This document shows positions 39,373 to 49,086 of a DNA stretch of 64,000 nucleotides, one piece after another. The stretch spans positions 162,987 to 226,986 of the forward strand of contig CAVRCI010000007.1 of NCBI GenBank assembly GCA_963719495.1, in the 5' to 3' direction. The stretch comes from an uncultured Verrucomicrobiae bacterium (GTDB lineage Bacteria; Verrucomicrobiota; Verrucomicrobiia; Chthoniobacterales; JAATET01). Each line of letters begins with the position of its first letter. Within the stretch, counting starts at the first letter, position 1. The position numbers and the translations under genes were made by a program. The notes beneath the pieces are model-generated. The model made no database searches. It was not told the DNA's origin and worked only from the letters and a program-made list of their open reading frames with translations.

Positions 39373-40488
39373 TTATTGAAAATCGATCCCCAAGTGATAT
39401 CTAGTGCTCTTGAGAGCACCCGACCGCACCACCGCCCCAACGACAGTAAGCTCTTGCAAATCTCGAGTCGCCGTCGCGCGAGAGGTTCCCGTAATACGGA
39501 CATACTTTTCGGCGCTCATGCCGCCCTTGAATCCCTCCACTTCGTGAAACATCCGGGCGATCGCCTTTTCCTGCCGCTCATTCAACTGACCTCGAAACCG
39601 TTCGAAAAACTTCGTCTTTTCAATGATTCGATCAATTGCCTTTTGAGTAGCAAGTTGAGCGCTCAAAATCGTCTCTGCAAAATATACCAGCCATGAAGTG
39701 ACCTCCGTGGTCCGGTTATTCTGCTCCAAGAGATCGTAGTAGGTGTTCCTGCGATCGCTAATCACCCGGGAGAGCGAGATCAGGGTAGGTTGCCCCAGCG
39801 ATTCGGAAACCGACTTCTCACTGATAGCCCGACCGATTCGCCCGTTTCCGTCCTCGAAAGGATGAATGCTCACGAAATAGAGATGGGCGATACCAGCGCG
39901 AGTCAGGATTGGGGGAGGTCGATCTGCGGAGGGTCCCGTCTCCCCAAACCACACTAAAAACTTCTCTATCTCACGAGGCACGACCTCGGAGGGAGGTGCC
40001 TCGAAATGGACTTTCGGATTGTGAAGAGCGCCCGATACGACCTGCATTGGGCAGCTTCCCGTCCGATAGCGCCCAATATCGCGAAGGTCACGGCGTCCAT
40101 TTGTCAGCATGGAGTGCCACTCAAACAACTTTCCCGCAGTGAGAGGTTCCTGGGAAGATTGATAAAGATCGCTCACCATCTCCGCGATTCCCTGTTCTGC
40201 CGGAGGAACCTTCCGGGCATCCGTCGCCAGGCCGAACTGGCGCCGAATTGAAGACTGCACGCTATCGCGATTCAGGATCTCGCCTTCGATCTCGGAAGTC
40301 TGCATGACCTCGTCGCTGATCAGGCTGACAACCAGCGAGTCCCGGACTTCGTCAACGGTGTGTTTGAGTGCCCCGATGAACGCCCCCGCCTGAAGGAGGA
40401 AATCGGCCTCAAGCTTCTTGAGTTTTCGGGAATCGAAATGGAAATCGGGCCAATCTGCCCTCTCCCAATTCTATTTTACGTTCTCCAT
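39373..40488 (-). pseudogene. Fic paralog with in-frame TAG at codon 6
   Basis: ATG GAG AAC GTA AAA TAG AAT TGG versus MEEVRWNW in copy 1; the rest is open in the same frame and keeps HPFEDGNGRIGR. Confidence 0.8.
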
Positions 40489-40562
40489 GAGCTATAAAGA
40501 GACGCTTTATGGCTCATTTTCAACATTAATATGAGGTATATTCGATATTCGTTATCGCTCAA
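40487..40562. promoter_or_regulatory. Two palindromic operators upstream of Fic copy 2
   Basis: ATGAGCTATAAAGAGACGCTTTATGGCTCAT (40487-40517) and a weaker copy from 40531; 44-bp spacing as in copy 1. Confidence 0.6.
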
Positions 40563-40986
40563 GCCCCCTTGCCGCTTTGAGAGACATGCCTGCTTTGCGA
40601 CCCATTGCCTGCGCATGGGAGGTGGCCAAAGCCAAGCACCTGGCCAAATTTTGGAGCCGACGCACGTCCTCCGCTTGGGGAACCTCGTTGCGACTAAGAT
40701 GAGCTTGGATCTCTGCAATTAGATCCTTGATCCTCAAACCCGCCAAGAAAAGGCGATCAGCCAGCTCTGAAAAAGGATCGCCATAGGCAACTTCCAAATA
40801 TTCCGCGGCACTCTTAACTACGTTTTCTCCAACAAGGAGCTCCTCCCGCTCTTGGGAAGAGTAACGACCCCACAAACCAAGGAAATTTCCTGCAAGTTCC
40901 TCGTGGCTTTCGCCGACTTCGACCTTCGCCAGGATTTGGCCGGCCACGACTTCGATTTTAGAATTCTTCACGCTCTTTAAGTTCAT
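40552..40986 (-). CDS. Hypothetical protein
   Basis: Helical-looking ORF just downstream of recombinase 2. Confidence 0.5.
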   Translation of the reverse strand: MNLKSVKNSKIEVVAGQILAKVEVGESHEELAGNFLGLWGRYSSQEREELLVGENVVKSAAEYLEVAYGDPFSELADRLFLAGLRIKDLIAEIQAHLSRNEVPQAEDVRRLQNLARCLALATSHAQAMGRKAGMSLKAARGLER

Positions 40987-41038
40987 AGAAATCAAAATCC
41001 CGCAAGGGGGCAATTTTTACTGACTCGATAATTTTTGC

Positions 41039-41635
41039 TCAATCGAGGAGAAGGTCCTCTGCGCCGATGGCGACGGATCGGCAATACCTCCACGTGGATT
41101 CAATCTGACGGTGGCCAAGAATCGCTCCGGTCTTGATCAGACAATGACCAGATTTCTCATAGACGGACCGGGCGAGAAATTTTCTCCAAGAATGCGTTGA
41201 CACCCCCGCTTCCAGCCCCGCTCTCGACGCAGCTTCGGAGACAATTCGGTGGGCTGATTTACGACTTATTGCCTTGGTAAATCCGCCCTCCCTCCCGGAG
41301 AATACCGGTCGATTCGCATCGAGTTTCAACCCTTGCCTTCGCAATTCCACAAGCCACCGAGCCAATGCCCTTTTTGCTTCAGGATGCAGAGGCAGCCTAC
41401 GGCCCTCCTTCCTACCTTTGATCCGCGAACGTTTGGTGTAAACGGACTCCCGAAATTTCCTTCCGTCCCACACATCCCCTATCGTCCAGCTCAACAATTC
41501 ACTCACGCGCAACCCAGTTCGACATCCACAAATGACCAAAGCCCGGTCCCGCAACTTCCACTGTCCCGTGATCGCGGAAAGGAGCGCAGCAACCTCCTCG
41601 CGATCTTCAAACGGCCTTGCTCCCACCAAACTCAT
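41039..41635 (-). CDS. Small tyrosine recombinase (catalytic domain only), copy 2
   Basis: RDRAL..RTGLRVSELL, STHSWRK, LGHRQIESTWRY. Confidence 0.9.
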   Translation of the reverse strand: MSLVGARPFEDREEVAALLSAITGQWKLRDRALVICGCRTGLRVSELLSWTIGDVWDGRKFRESVYTKRSRIKGRKEGRRLPLHPEAKRALARWLVELRRQGLKLDANRPVFSGREGGFTKAISRKSAHRIVSEAASRAGLEAGVSTHSWRKFLARSVYEKSGHCLIKTGAILGHRQIESTWRYCRSVAIGAEDLLLD

Positions 41636-42486
41636 GGCAGGAAGATACTGAAACAACTTTTGGGATCTTTTCCCAGACCTGAGCAGTGAGACCTTTTATG
41701 GAAAACGTGACACTCCCCACGCTTCAACAGTGTGAGTTGCACAAGCGTCGCTCAATTGAACGCGTATCTCCGTAGGCAAACTGGCTGTTGGTCAAAACTT
41801 GAATATTTTAGATCAAGCAAGGAACCACGAGAATTAAGATCCCCTCCCCGAGGACGCGGCGGCCAGACCTTGGAACGGAGCTGCGCACGACGGCGGCGAC
41901 TCCCACTCGCGGGGCGACTCGCCGAGTCTCGCGACCAGCCATCCAAGTCCCGTCGCCGACTCCCGCCCGGAGAACTGGCCGCGCCGTCCACTCGCGCGAC
42001 CAGTTGGTGCGGTCGTCGGTCTCGGCTCCAAAGGATGTAGTCAGGGTTCTGGACGTCTGTATTCCGCCAGTGGTGAGTCACCCGCACGTTGTTCTTGCGA
42101 GCCAGCGGCGCTCGATCCTGTGATGTCCTCGCCATAGTTTGCCCGCCGACCGACCGACATCGGGCGTTCGGTGGGCCGAGCGTCGCGGGACCAGGTCTTG
42201 GAAAGCTTGAGATATAGGAAGCTGAGTTCGCCCAGTCAACGCAGGTCCTGTCGCCGCGCCTCGCAGTCGGGGTTAGCGGACTTGGAGTAACCAAAACGCA
42301 TTTCATGGTCGCGAGCCTATTTCCCTGCGCGAGCCGGTCGTCGCGTCGGGCCGCCAGCTTGCTGCATCACCGACCGGCTCTCTCGGAGGGTGTTCACGAA
42401 CTCCGCCACTGAGCGCAGGCAGTAGCTCATGATCGCAAATCTCCAAATCCAGCACCGAAGCACGGCGAAGATCCTCAGGAACTCAG

Positions 42487-44286
42487 CTAGAGGGAACCAA
42501 AACGACTCCAATAAGCGTCGAGCCGATCAATGCGGGCCTCATTGTGTTGGCGGATTTCCGCCCACAGGTCGACCTCCAGTGGCCAACCGCGGTTGTAACG
42601 CTCGATGTATTGCGTGGGGTTGCCGAGACCCATAAGCCGCCGTAGAATCTCGAGGCGTCCATTCGGGCTGCTCTGGAGATGACAGCGCAGACGGGACAGG
42701 GCCTCAGGGCGGAACCACGGGTGCAGTCGCACATCGCGCAGAATGGGATGCCGGAGAAGCCAGGGATAGTGTGCGCACCAGACGCGAGCCGAGAACCACG
42801 AGGCCCAGTTGATGCGACCGAGATGCGTGGAGACCCGGCGCCCAGGCACCAGCCCGCTGGCGAGCCGGGCTTGGGCGACGTCGGTCGTATCTTTGGTATA
42901 AGGCTCCTCGCGCCACTCACCATCGCCGAGCCGGGCGACGACCATGAGCTGGCTGGATCGCGGGAGCTTCCGGCGACGGACCTCTGCGGCGAAGGCGCTC
43001 AGGTGATCAAGCTCTTCGGCGGGCCAGAGAGCCATCAAGGGCGCTCGAAAATCGGCCTCTCGCGAGTTTTTCGTATAAGGAATGCGGATGTCGATCTTGT
43101 CGCCGATGCGGGCCACAAGAATATCGCCAAGCGTCAAAAGGCTTACGCACACCGCACGGCGACCAGAATAGTAGAGTAGACCAGCGAGCACCCGGCGCGC
43201 ACTGGCGGCGAGATCCATCCAAGGATCAGGCGGAGGCTCGTGGAGGTTATAATATCGAGCGTAGGCAGCAGGATGGAGGAGGTCGAACGGACGGGCGAGG
43301 AAGAGGCTCTTGGTCGCGAGTGAGTCGACCAACTCATCGGGAAAATCCTCGGGGTCGAGCACCTCTCCGAGAATGAACAACACGCGGCGAAGGACGGGAT
43401 CCACCGGGCCCAGAATGGCGCGGGCGTGTTCGAGGCCGCGTTCGCGAGCAAGAACGATGGCATCATAGGCACGCTCGATGTCTTGCAGGTATCTTTCGAT
43501 CGAAACGAGCTTGGGCCGACGCTTGCCGGAGATCGCCCGGCGGGTGGGAGTCTTTTTCCGCAGAATGAACTGCAGAGCGAGCGCGATGGACGATGTTCGA
43601 ACACTCACACCACTGGTGGCGATCTCATCGAGTCGTCCGATTGCTTTTTTGAACGCGTAGCTCGAGCGTTTATGACGCACTTGCTCCAACGAGGCGTTGA
43701 TCTCAGGCACGATCTCGGACGCGTGCGAAACCCGCAAGCGACGCAGTCCCAAGGAAATGGCAGCCGCGGGATCGGAAAGCGCGATGGATGACGGCATACC
43801 TGAGTCGCAGCGAAAATTCGCAATCGACAGTGAGAGTTGGGGGTAAAGTCCGGTGGCTGATGCCTCAATGGCGAGAAACACCGAGGCCATCGTGGGCCAC
43901 ATTTCTGCAATCAATAGGTCTTGCAAGTCTTCGCCGAGAGTCCGCGAGAAATCTTCCTCGGTGGCCCCGCAGAACGCCCGAACGCCGGCAAGAGCATGCC
44001 GCCAGAGATTTGGTAGACAGATGCGATATTGGGAATTCGCGTGCCGACGCATGGGGCTATCGAGCCATAGCCATTCGTCATGCTCATAGCACTCGATCGG
44101 CACTTCGCGGAGGGCGTGTAAGGTTCGCTCGGTGAGCGGCAGATCGAGCGCGGCGGCTAGGAAACCAGCAAGGTCGTCTCGGTGCGATAGCCCTCGTAAT
44201 CTCGAGCGCAGATGCTCCCCGAGGATGCGACGGCTCGGGTCGGCCCGACAACCGTGGAGATCGGCATGAATATCAGGTTCTTTCAC
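42487..44286 (-). CDS. Large protein with divergent C-terminal tyrosine-recombinase-like domain
   Basis: LLYYSGRRAVCVSLLTLGD, PYTKNSR, STHLGR, LMGLGNPTQYIERY; GTGA coupling to the upstream gene. Confidence 0.65.
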   Translation of the reverse strand: MKEPDIHADLHGCRADPSRRILGEHLRSRLRGLSHRDDLAGFLAAALDLPLTERTLHALREVPIECYEHDEWLWLDSPMRRHANSQYRICLPNLWRHALAGVRAFCGATEEDFSRTLGEDLQDLLIAEMWPTMASVFLAIEASATGLYPQLSLSIANFRCDSGMPSSIALSDPAAAISLGLRRLRVSHASEIVPEINASLEQVRHKRSSYAFKKAIGRLDEIATSGVSVRTSSIALALQFILRKKTPTRRAISGKRRPKLVSIERYLQDIERAYDAIVLARERGLEHARAILGPVDPVLRRVLFILGEVLDPEDFPDELVDSLATKSLFLARPFDLLHPAAYARYYNLHEPPPDPWMDLAASARRVLAGLLYYSGRRAVCVSLLTLGDILVARIGDKIDIRIPYTKNSREADFRAPLMALWPAEELDHLSAFAAEVRRRKLPRSSQLMVVARLGDGEWREEPYTKDTTDVAQARLASGLVPGRRVSTHLGRINWASWFSARVWCAHYPWLLRHPILRDVRLHPWFRPEALSRLRCHLQSSPNGRLEILRRLMGLGNPTQYIERYNRGWPLEVDLWAEIRQHNEARIDRLDAYWSRFGSL

Positions 44287-46322
44287 AGCAAATCACGCAA
44301 ACCGATCTCCCGGGCGAGACAATGAGCCATCGCCTCGCGCGCAATGGGATCCACGGCGGGGTCGGCACTATTCCAAATGACACCGTCGAAAGGTTGCGCG
44401 GAGTGAGAATGGTAGGCATTGACGGCGGCATGATGAAAACCGCGATCCTTGAGCACGCTGTAAGAATAGTGCCGAGTCCAGGAAGGCAGCAGCCCGGAAT
44501 AATCGCGCAACTCGGGACAGCGAGCGGTAGCGAGCGCGAGATTCTTCTGATTCGGATTGATCACGTTCAGATTCAACTGCCCACCTCGCCCAGCGATCTT
44601 CAGGAAACAATAGATGAAAAAAATCTCCTGCTGCGGCGCACCGGCGACGCCGCGGTCGCGCAAGGTCCGCATCGCGCGAAGGAAAAATTCGCGAATCGGT
44701 CGCAAGACCGCGACGAGTGGAGTGGGATAGTAGATCACAGTCTCCCGTTTCTGCCGAATGATTGATGTCCGGCCACAGGGATTAAAGACATGAACCGTTG
44801 GTGGAAGGCTCTCCATCGCGCGCTTGCCCGTGAAGAGCTGCACAAACCAATCAGCCAACGCGGCGACGCCGTTTATCCGATTGATGAGATCGATATCTGG
44901 GAGTGCTTCCCACCCCTCCAGCAGCACCGGAAGAGTGCCGAAAAGGTCGATTGCCGCGCAACGCGTGACTTTGAAATTCGAACCAAATGCCAGTGAGTCG
45001 TATTCGGGCGGAAAGTCGAACTCTGGATCGAATATCTTCCAATAGGGTAGCGCCCGGCGGAGCTGATTGATGCCGATGCGGGTGTAGTGCGCCGGGGCTG
45101 GCGGGCGGCGATCCCTATTGCGAGACGCCAAGGCGACCAACTCTGGGGGTAGTCCAAACCAATCCGCACCCTGGCAAACGAGCGCGGTCATGAGCTTCGA
45201 ATACGTCGCCCTATGAGCCATACTATTTAGTCGAGCGGTTATCCTGGTCCCGAGATCTTCGGGAAGACGCTGGATTTTCTGTAGACCATTCGCGATGGCG
45301 GCTGGCACCGGCAGCGCGAGCGCGGTGGTGACAGGTTCGTAGAACCCGGATATGGACGGTGGGCGATGGAGGCGGTAGTGCTCGCGCTCGGCGACGTAGA
45401 TTTGGCCAACGGCGTGTAGAGCAAAAGTTTGCGAAAGGGATCGAGGCGACGCAAATGTCGCCAGCCCGGCGGCGATGACAGCGTCTACAGGATCATCGAG
45501 ATTCGCGGCGAGACTCTGCAGAATGTTCAGGACCTCGACCTCCCCCGGTATTTTCGATGCCGCAACCGAACAAGGATAAAATCGAGAGTGCCGCCGATAA
45601 TTGGCATGAACCTTTTTCGTGAAGAAAGCTGGCGGAGCTGAGCCATTTGCAACCGAGGGAAACCGGGATTCCTTGATGCTCAAACGAGCAGCCTTCTCGG
45701 CCGCCTGCTCATCGACTACCCGTGCATTATAGCGACCCAACGGTGTCTCGACCCGCTTGTTGATCTGTGGCTTTGACCACGTGTTAGGCCAGCGAATACC
45801 CGTCCCCTCCCGCTCCGCACGCGCGGTCTCGAGGCACGCCCTACTCCGTTCATCGAGAAAATTGCGGGAACGTAAAACCTCGCGGAGATACCGGAATTTC
45901 CTCTGCATGTAAGAATCCCCCAGCGGACGCGTTTTGTTTTCCTCGATGATCGCAACTGTAGAATTGAGGGCGCTGCGGCGAAGTTCCAGGAACTTCGGCG
46001 GAAGACGGCGGTGACAAAGAGATGCCGCAGGGTTCAGAACTTGAAATGATGCTTCCACGTTTGCGTCATCGTCGAACACCTCCGTTGATAGCAAGGCAAG
46101 AACCGGAGCCTCCCGGGCACGAGGTAGCTTGCATTTCTCTCCGACGAGATCTTCACAACGCACCATTTTCCATTCTACGGCGGTCAACTGCGCTGCAGAA
46201 ACATAGTCCCCGAGTGTGATAAGAGCCCGGAGACCGTGATCCGCCGGCTCGAGCGCTATGCCTAAATCGGCAAACCCGTCGCGCAGTTTTTTGCGCACTA
46301 TCGATTCGAGCAGCGGATGCAC
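44283..46322 (-). CDS. Large protein with degenerate tyrosine-recombinase-like C-terminus
   Basis: 679-aa ORF; LFTGKR, SWTRH, AYHSH, with no Tyr at the expected nucleophile position. Confidence 0.55.
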   Translation of the reverse strand: MHPLLESIVRKKLRDGFADLGIALEPADHGLRALITLGDYVSAAQLTAVEWKMVRCEDLVGEKCKLPRAREAPVLALLSTEVFDDDANVEASFQVLNPAASLCHRRLPPKFLELRRSALNSTVAIIEENKTRPLGDSYMQRKFRYLREVLRSRNFLDERSRACLETARAEREGTGIRWPNTWSKPQINKRVETPLGRYNARVVDEQAAEKAARLSIKESRFPSVANGSAPPAFFTKKVHANYRRHSRFYPCSVAASKIPGEVEVLNILQSLAANLDDPVDAVIAAGLATFASPRSLSQTFALHAVGQIYVAEREHYRLHRPPSISGFYEPVTTALALPVPAAIANGLQKIQRLPEDLGTRITARLNSMAHRATYSKLMTALVCQGADWFGLPPELVALASRNRDRRPPAPAHYTRIGINQLRRALPYWKIFDPEFDFPPEYDSLAFGSNFKVTRCAAIDLFGTLPVLLEGWEALPDIDLINRINGVAALADWFVQLFTGKRAMESLPPTVHVFNPCGRTSIIRQKRETVIYYPTPLVAVLRPIREFFLRAMRTLRDRGVAGAPQQEIFFIYCFLKIAGRGGQLNLNVINPNQKNLALATARCPELRDYSGLLPSWTRHYSYSVLKDRGFHHAAVNAYHSHSAQPFDGVIWNSADPAVDPIAREAMAHCLAREIGLRDLL

Positions 46323-46327
46323 GTCAA

Positions 46328-47005
46328 CTAAGCTCCGCCGATGTGAAGCTTCTTGAAGTGGTCCAAGACGTCCAAACAGAGAGGCAAGCCATAGGCAAAC
46401 CAGACCATACCAAGAATGTCACGGTCGTGATACCTCGTCCCCGGCCACGCTTTGCCAATCGATTCTCGATTGGAGGACAGGCTTTCAGCGACTTGCAACG
46501 ACAATCGGAAGCGAAGGGTGGAAGTATCCTCTATGCAGTCGGCTAGTATTTTGCGGCACCTGTCATCACAGGCTCTGCGGCGGCTGACGTAGTCGCGGAA
46601 GCGCTCAGACTCACCAGTCTGTTGGAGTTCAACCATCGATTGACCGAAATTCTCGCCGTGGAGAGTCCACGCTCCTTCGATCGCCGTACGCACGTCCAGT
46701 TGCAGACCGATCTTCTTATACTCCTGCTCGACAAATGCGACGCTGGCGGTAGTCAACGCGCTCATTTCCATTTGCCCGCCAAAAGTCGGTTTTGCCACCG
46801 AACCGACTCGACGTCTGCGAGTCTTTCTGGCCGGCTTTTCGGCTACAGGAGCCTGGGTCTCAGATGCACTTACGGCGGAGGCACCTTCGGCGATAGTAGC
46901 CTCATTTGGTTGTGCCTGCACGCCAGGCCGCGAAGGCATGTCGGAACTAAGTTTTGTATGCGGCGTCATAAACATCTCCTTATTCGTTGGGAGCGGACTG
47001 TGCAT
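46328..47005 (-). CDS. Hypothetical protein, first gene of the recombinase-like operon
   Basis: Ends 5 nt before the next start; basic low-complexity N-terminus. Confidence 0.6.
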   Translation of the reverse strand: MHSPLPTNKEMFMTPHTKLSSDMPSRPGVQAQPNEATIAEGASAVSASETQAPVAEKPARKTRRRRVGSVAKPTFGGQMEMSALTTASVAFVEQEYKKIGLQLDVRTAIEGAWTLHGENFGQSMVELQQTGESERFRDYVSRRRACDDRCRKILADCIEDTSTLRFRLSLQVAESLSSNRESIGKAWPGTRYHDRDILGMVWFAYGLPLCLDVLDHFKKLHIGGA

Positions 47006-47458
47006 ACGCCAGTTGACTCCCTAAACTCGATCTTGAGTGACCTGGAGCGTTGTCCGGATATTCTCACGAATCTCCGTTTTAACAGACACTCTATATCGCT
47101 AGCTGATCATTTAGACAATAGGTTGATTTTAACTTTCTTGTTTTTCCTTTCTCAAATACCGATACAGATACCTCATAGCGGAACAACATGAATTTCGACT
47201 TTCGATGATACCTCTCGCCAAACTTATGGACTCGATACTCCAGTTCACAGAAACGGCCCGAAACTTTTTCCTGAGCCCACCGATTTAATCCACCTAGAGT
47301 GAGAGATTTCCAAGCGGTAGTTCTCCGTTGGTTTGTGATGGATGACCTCTGTGGTGGAGGAGGACGCAGCCCGACCGGAACCACAGAGGTAACCAAACCA
47401 AAACAACCGAGAAAACCAAAACCAATCGATTACCCGGAAATCTCTCACCCTAATTAGA

Positions 47459-47695
47459 CTAAGTAGGTGGCCTCAGGGCCCTACCCCTCCGCCCTTTGAC
47501 GCTTTTCCACGCCACCCAAATCGATCGACGGAAGTGACGACCGTCAAAAACATCGACAATTTTTAGGCTCAACGCAGAAGCGAATCGCAGCCTCGCGTAA
47601 AGGCCCAACGCGACGAGCGCCCGGTCGCGTAGTTTTGATCGCCGCCATGAACTGGGCGATTTTGTTTTGGTCCTCAAATGGTCGTGCTCCGAGAT
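47459..47695 (-). pseudogene. Frameshifted, truncated small tyrosine recombinase
   Basis: LGARPFEDQNKIAQFMAAI, then in a shifted frame KLRDRALVALGLYARLR...DVFDGRHFRRS...KGRR; collinear with 41039-41635. Confidence 0.8.
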
Positions 47696-48205
47696 TCCGT
47701 CGATACCTCAACGGGATCTCGACCGAACCTTCCGCGGAGCTTCCGCCAATGAGGCAAACGCGAAACTCAGGGTGCGATAGTCGGGCGAACAGCTGCTACG
47801 CCAATATTCAAAACCAACCTCCCAACAGTGTAGGCAAACAGGAGTTTTAGTCCTTCCGCAGAAGCTCGGCGGAAGCCTGTGAGTGAATCTTACCAGGCAG
47901 CGGAGGCAAGAAGGAGATCACCAGAATGAAGTCCTATCTGTCGCGTTTTGAAGTCGATTGCTGCACTGTACGACTCCGAGTCCAGCCACCATTCGCAACG
48001 TCGGTTGCGAGATCTGAACTTCCCTTCGGTCCAAGTCCGGCTCCACTCAAGTGTTCTCCATAACCGACAGGGACTCTCATCGGCCACCTCATTGACACTC
48101 TATGAAACCGTCGTCACCTCTCGGCAGCCGCTACTCAGGCCACACAAGGAATAGTCGGCGCATCCCGTATTCTTTCGCGAGCGCTCGATTGCCGCTCTAC
48201 AACGG

Positions 48206-49063
48206 TCAATTGTTCGCCACGCCGATTTCCTCATCCCAGATCGTGCGGAGGTCATTTCCCAACGCGATCGCCTCCGGCCAGCTCTCCGGAAAACAGCTCA
48301 ATCCGTAGCCGCTCTTCGGACCCACTTCCGGCACCACCCAGAGCTCGTTATTCGGTCGCGGACCAGCGAGCCAATGCTGAAATGCCTGCCGGATAAACGG
48401 ACGCACGTCTTGATACTCGGGAGAAAATGCACCCCGCCCGTCGGTCACGGGAACCTGGCAGTGGCTGCCGTTAAATGGGCGCATGTGCCAAAGGGTCGAA
48501 CGCTGAAACAACGGCACGTTGTCGAACAATCGCTCGGCGAACTCGCCCGCCTCGAGGTGCTTCACGGATGCCGGGTGCGAGAAATCGAAATTGACCAGCG
48601 GCTCAACTCCCGTGATCTCCCGACAGCCCGCGATGATCGCTGCCGTCTTCTCGGGCGTTTCCGTGCAGGTATTGCGGTGAATTTCCAAATGCACCTCCGC
48701 GCCCTGCCGGTCGGCCTCCTCAATTAACGCAACTGTCAGCCGCACCGCCTCCTCGACCGGAGTGTCGTGGTCCCCGAGTTGACAATTCATCGGGCCGTTG
48801 TCGATCTCGAGACCGCCCCGAATCAAGGGCGCAAACTGCTCGACCCGCGCCGCGTCGAACGCGGCGCCAAAGCGCAGGCCGCCGCGTTCCAAAGCAGCCC
48901 CGAGGCCCGGCGAATCGGCCGGGCAGGTGAACGCGTCGAAGCCAGCTTCCGCGACGGCATCGATGCGTTGATCAAGGCTCCACGGGGTTCCGTCGGCGTT
49001 GACTTCGTTCCAGAGCGACCAGAAATTAATCAGGACAACGAGAGAAGGTGGCGAGTCAGTCAT
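48206..49063 (-). CDS. Sugar-phosphate isomerase/epimerase-like TIM barrel
   Basis: AVAEAGFDA, EIHRNTCTE, NFDFSH, HMRPFNG, VPEVGP. Confidence 0.75.
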   Translation of the reverse strand: MTDSPPSLVVLINFWSLWNEVNADGTPWSLDQRIDAVAEAGFDAFTCPADSPGLGAALERGGLRFGAAFDAARVEQFAPLIRGGLEIDNGPMNCQLGDHDTPVEEAVRLTVALIEEADRQGAEVHLEIHRNTCTETPEKTAAIIAGCREITGVEPLVNFDFSHPASVKHLEAGEFAERLFDNVPLFQRSTLWHMRPFNGSHCQVPVTDGRGAFSPEYQDVRPFIRQAFQHWLAGPRPNNELWVVPEVGPKSGYGLSCFPESWPEAIALGNDLRTIWDEEIGVANN

Positions 49064-49086
49064 GGAGTTCACGGATTGAATCGGGG

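Larger units (their letters stand above)
30450..48200. mobile_element. Genomic island downstream of tRNA-Pro (right boundary approximate)
   Basis: Visible drop in GC and coding density immediately after the tRNA; several tyrosine recombinases, Fic genes and pseudogenes. No att duplication found by eye. Confidence 0.75.

Noticed and set aside
41700..42480. Possible missing 3' half of the truncated recombinase, or small ORFs
   Set aside because: No HxxR or GH..Y motifs found in the frames examined.
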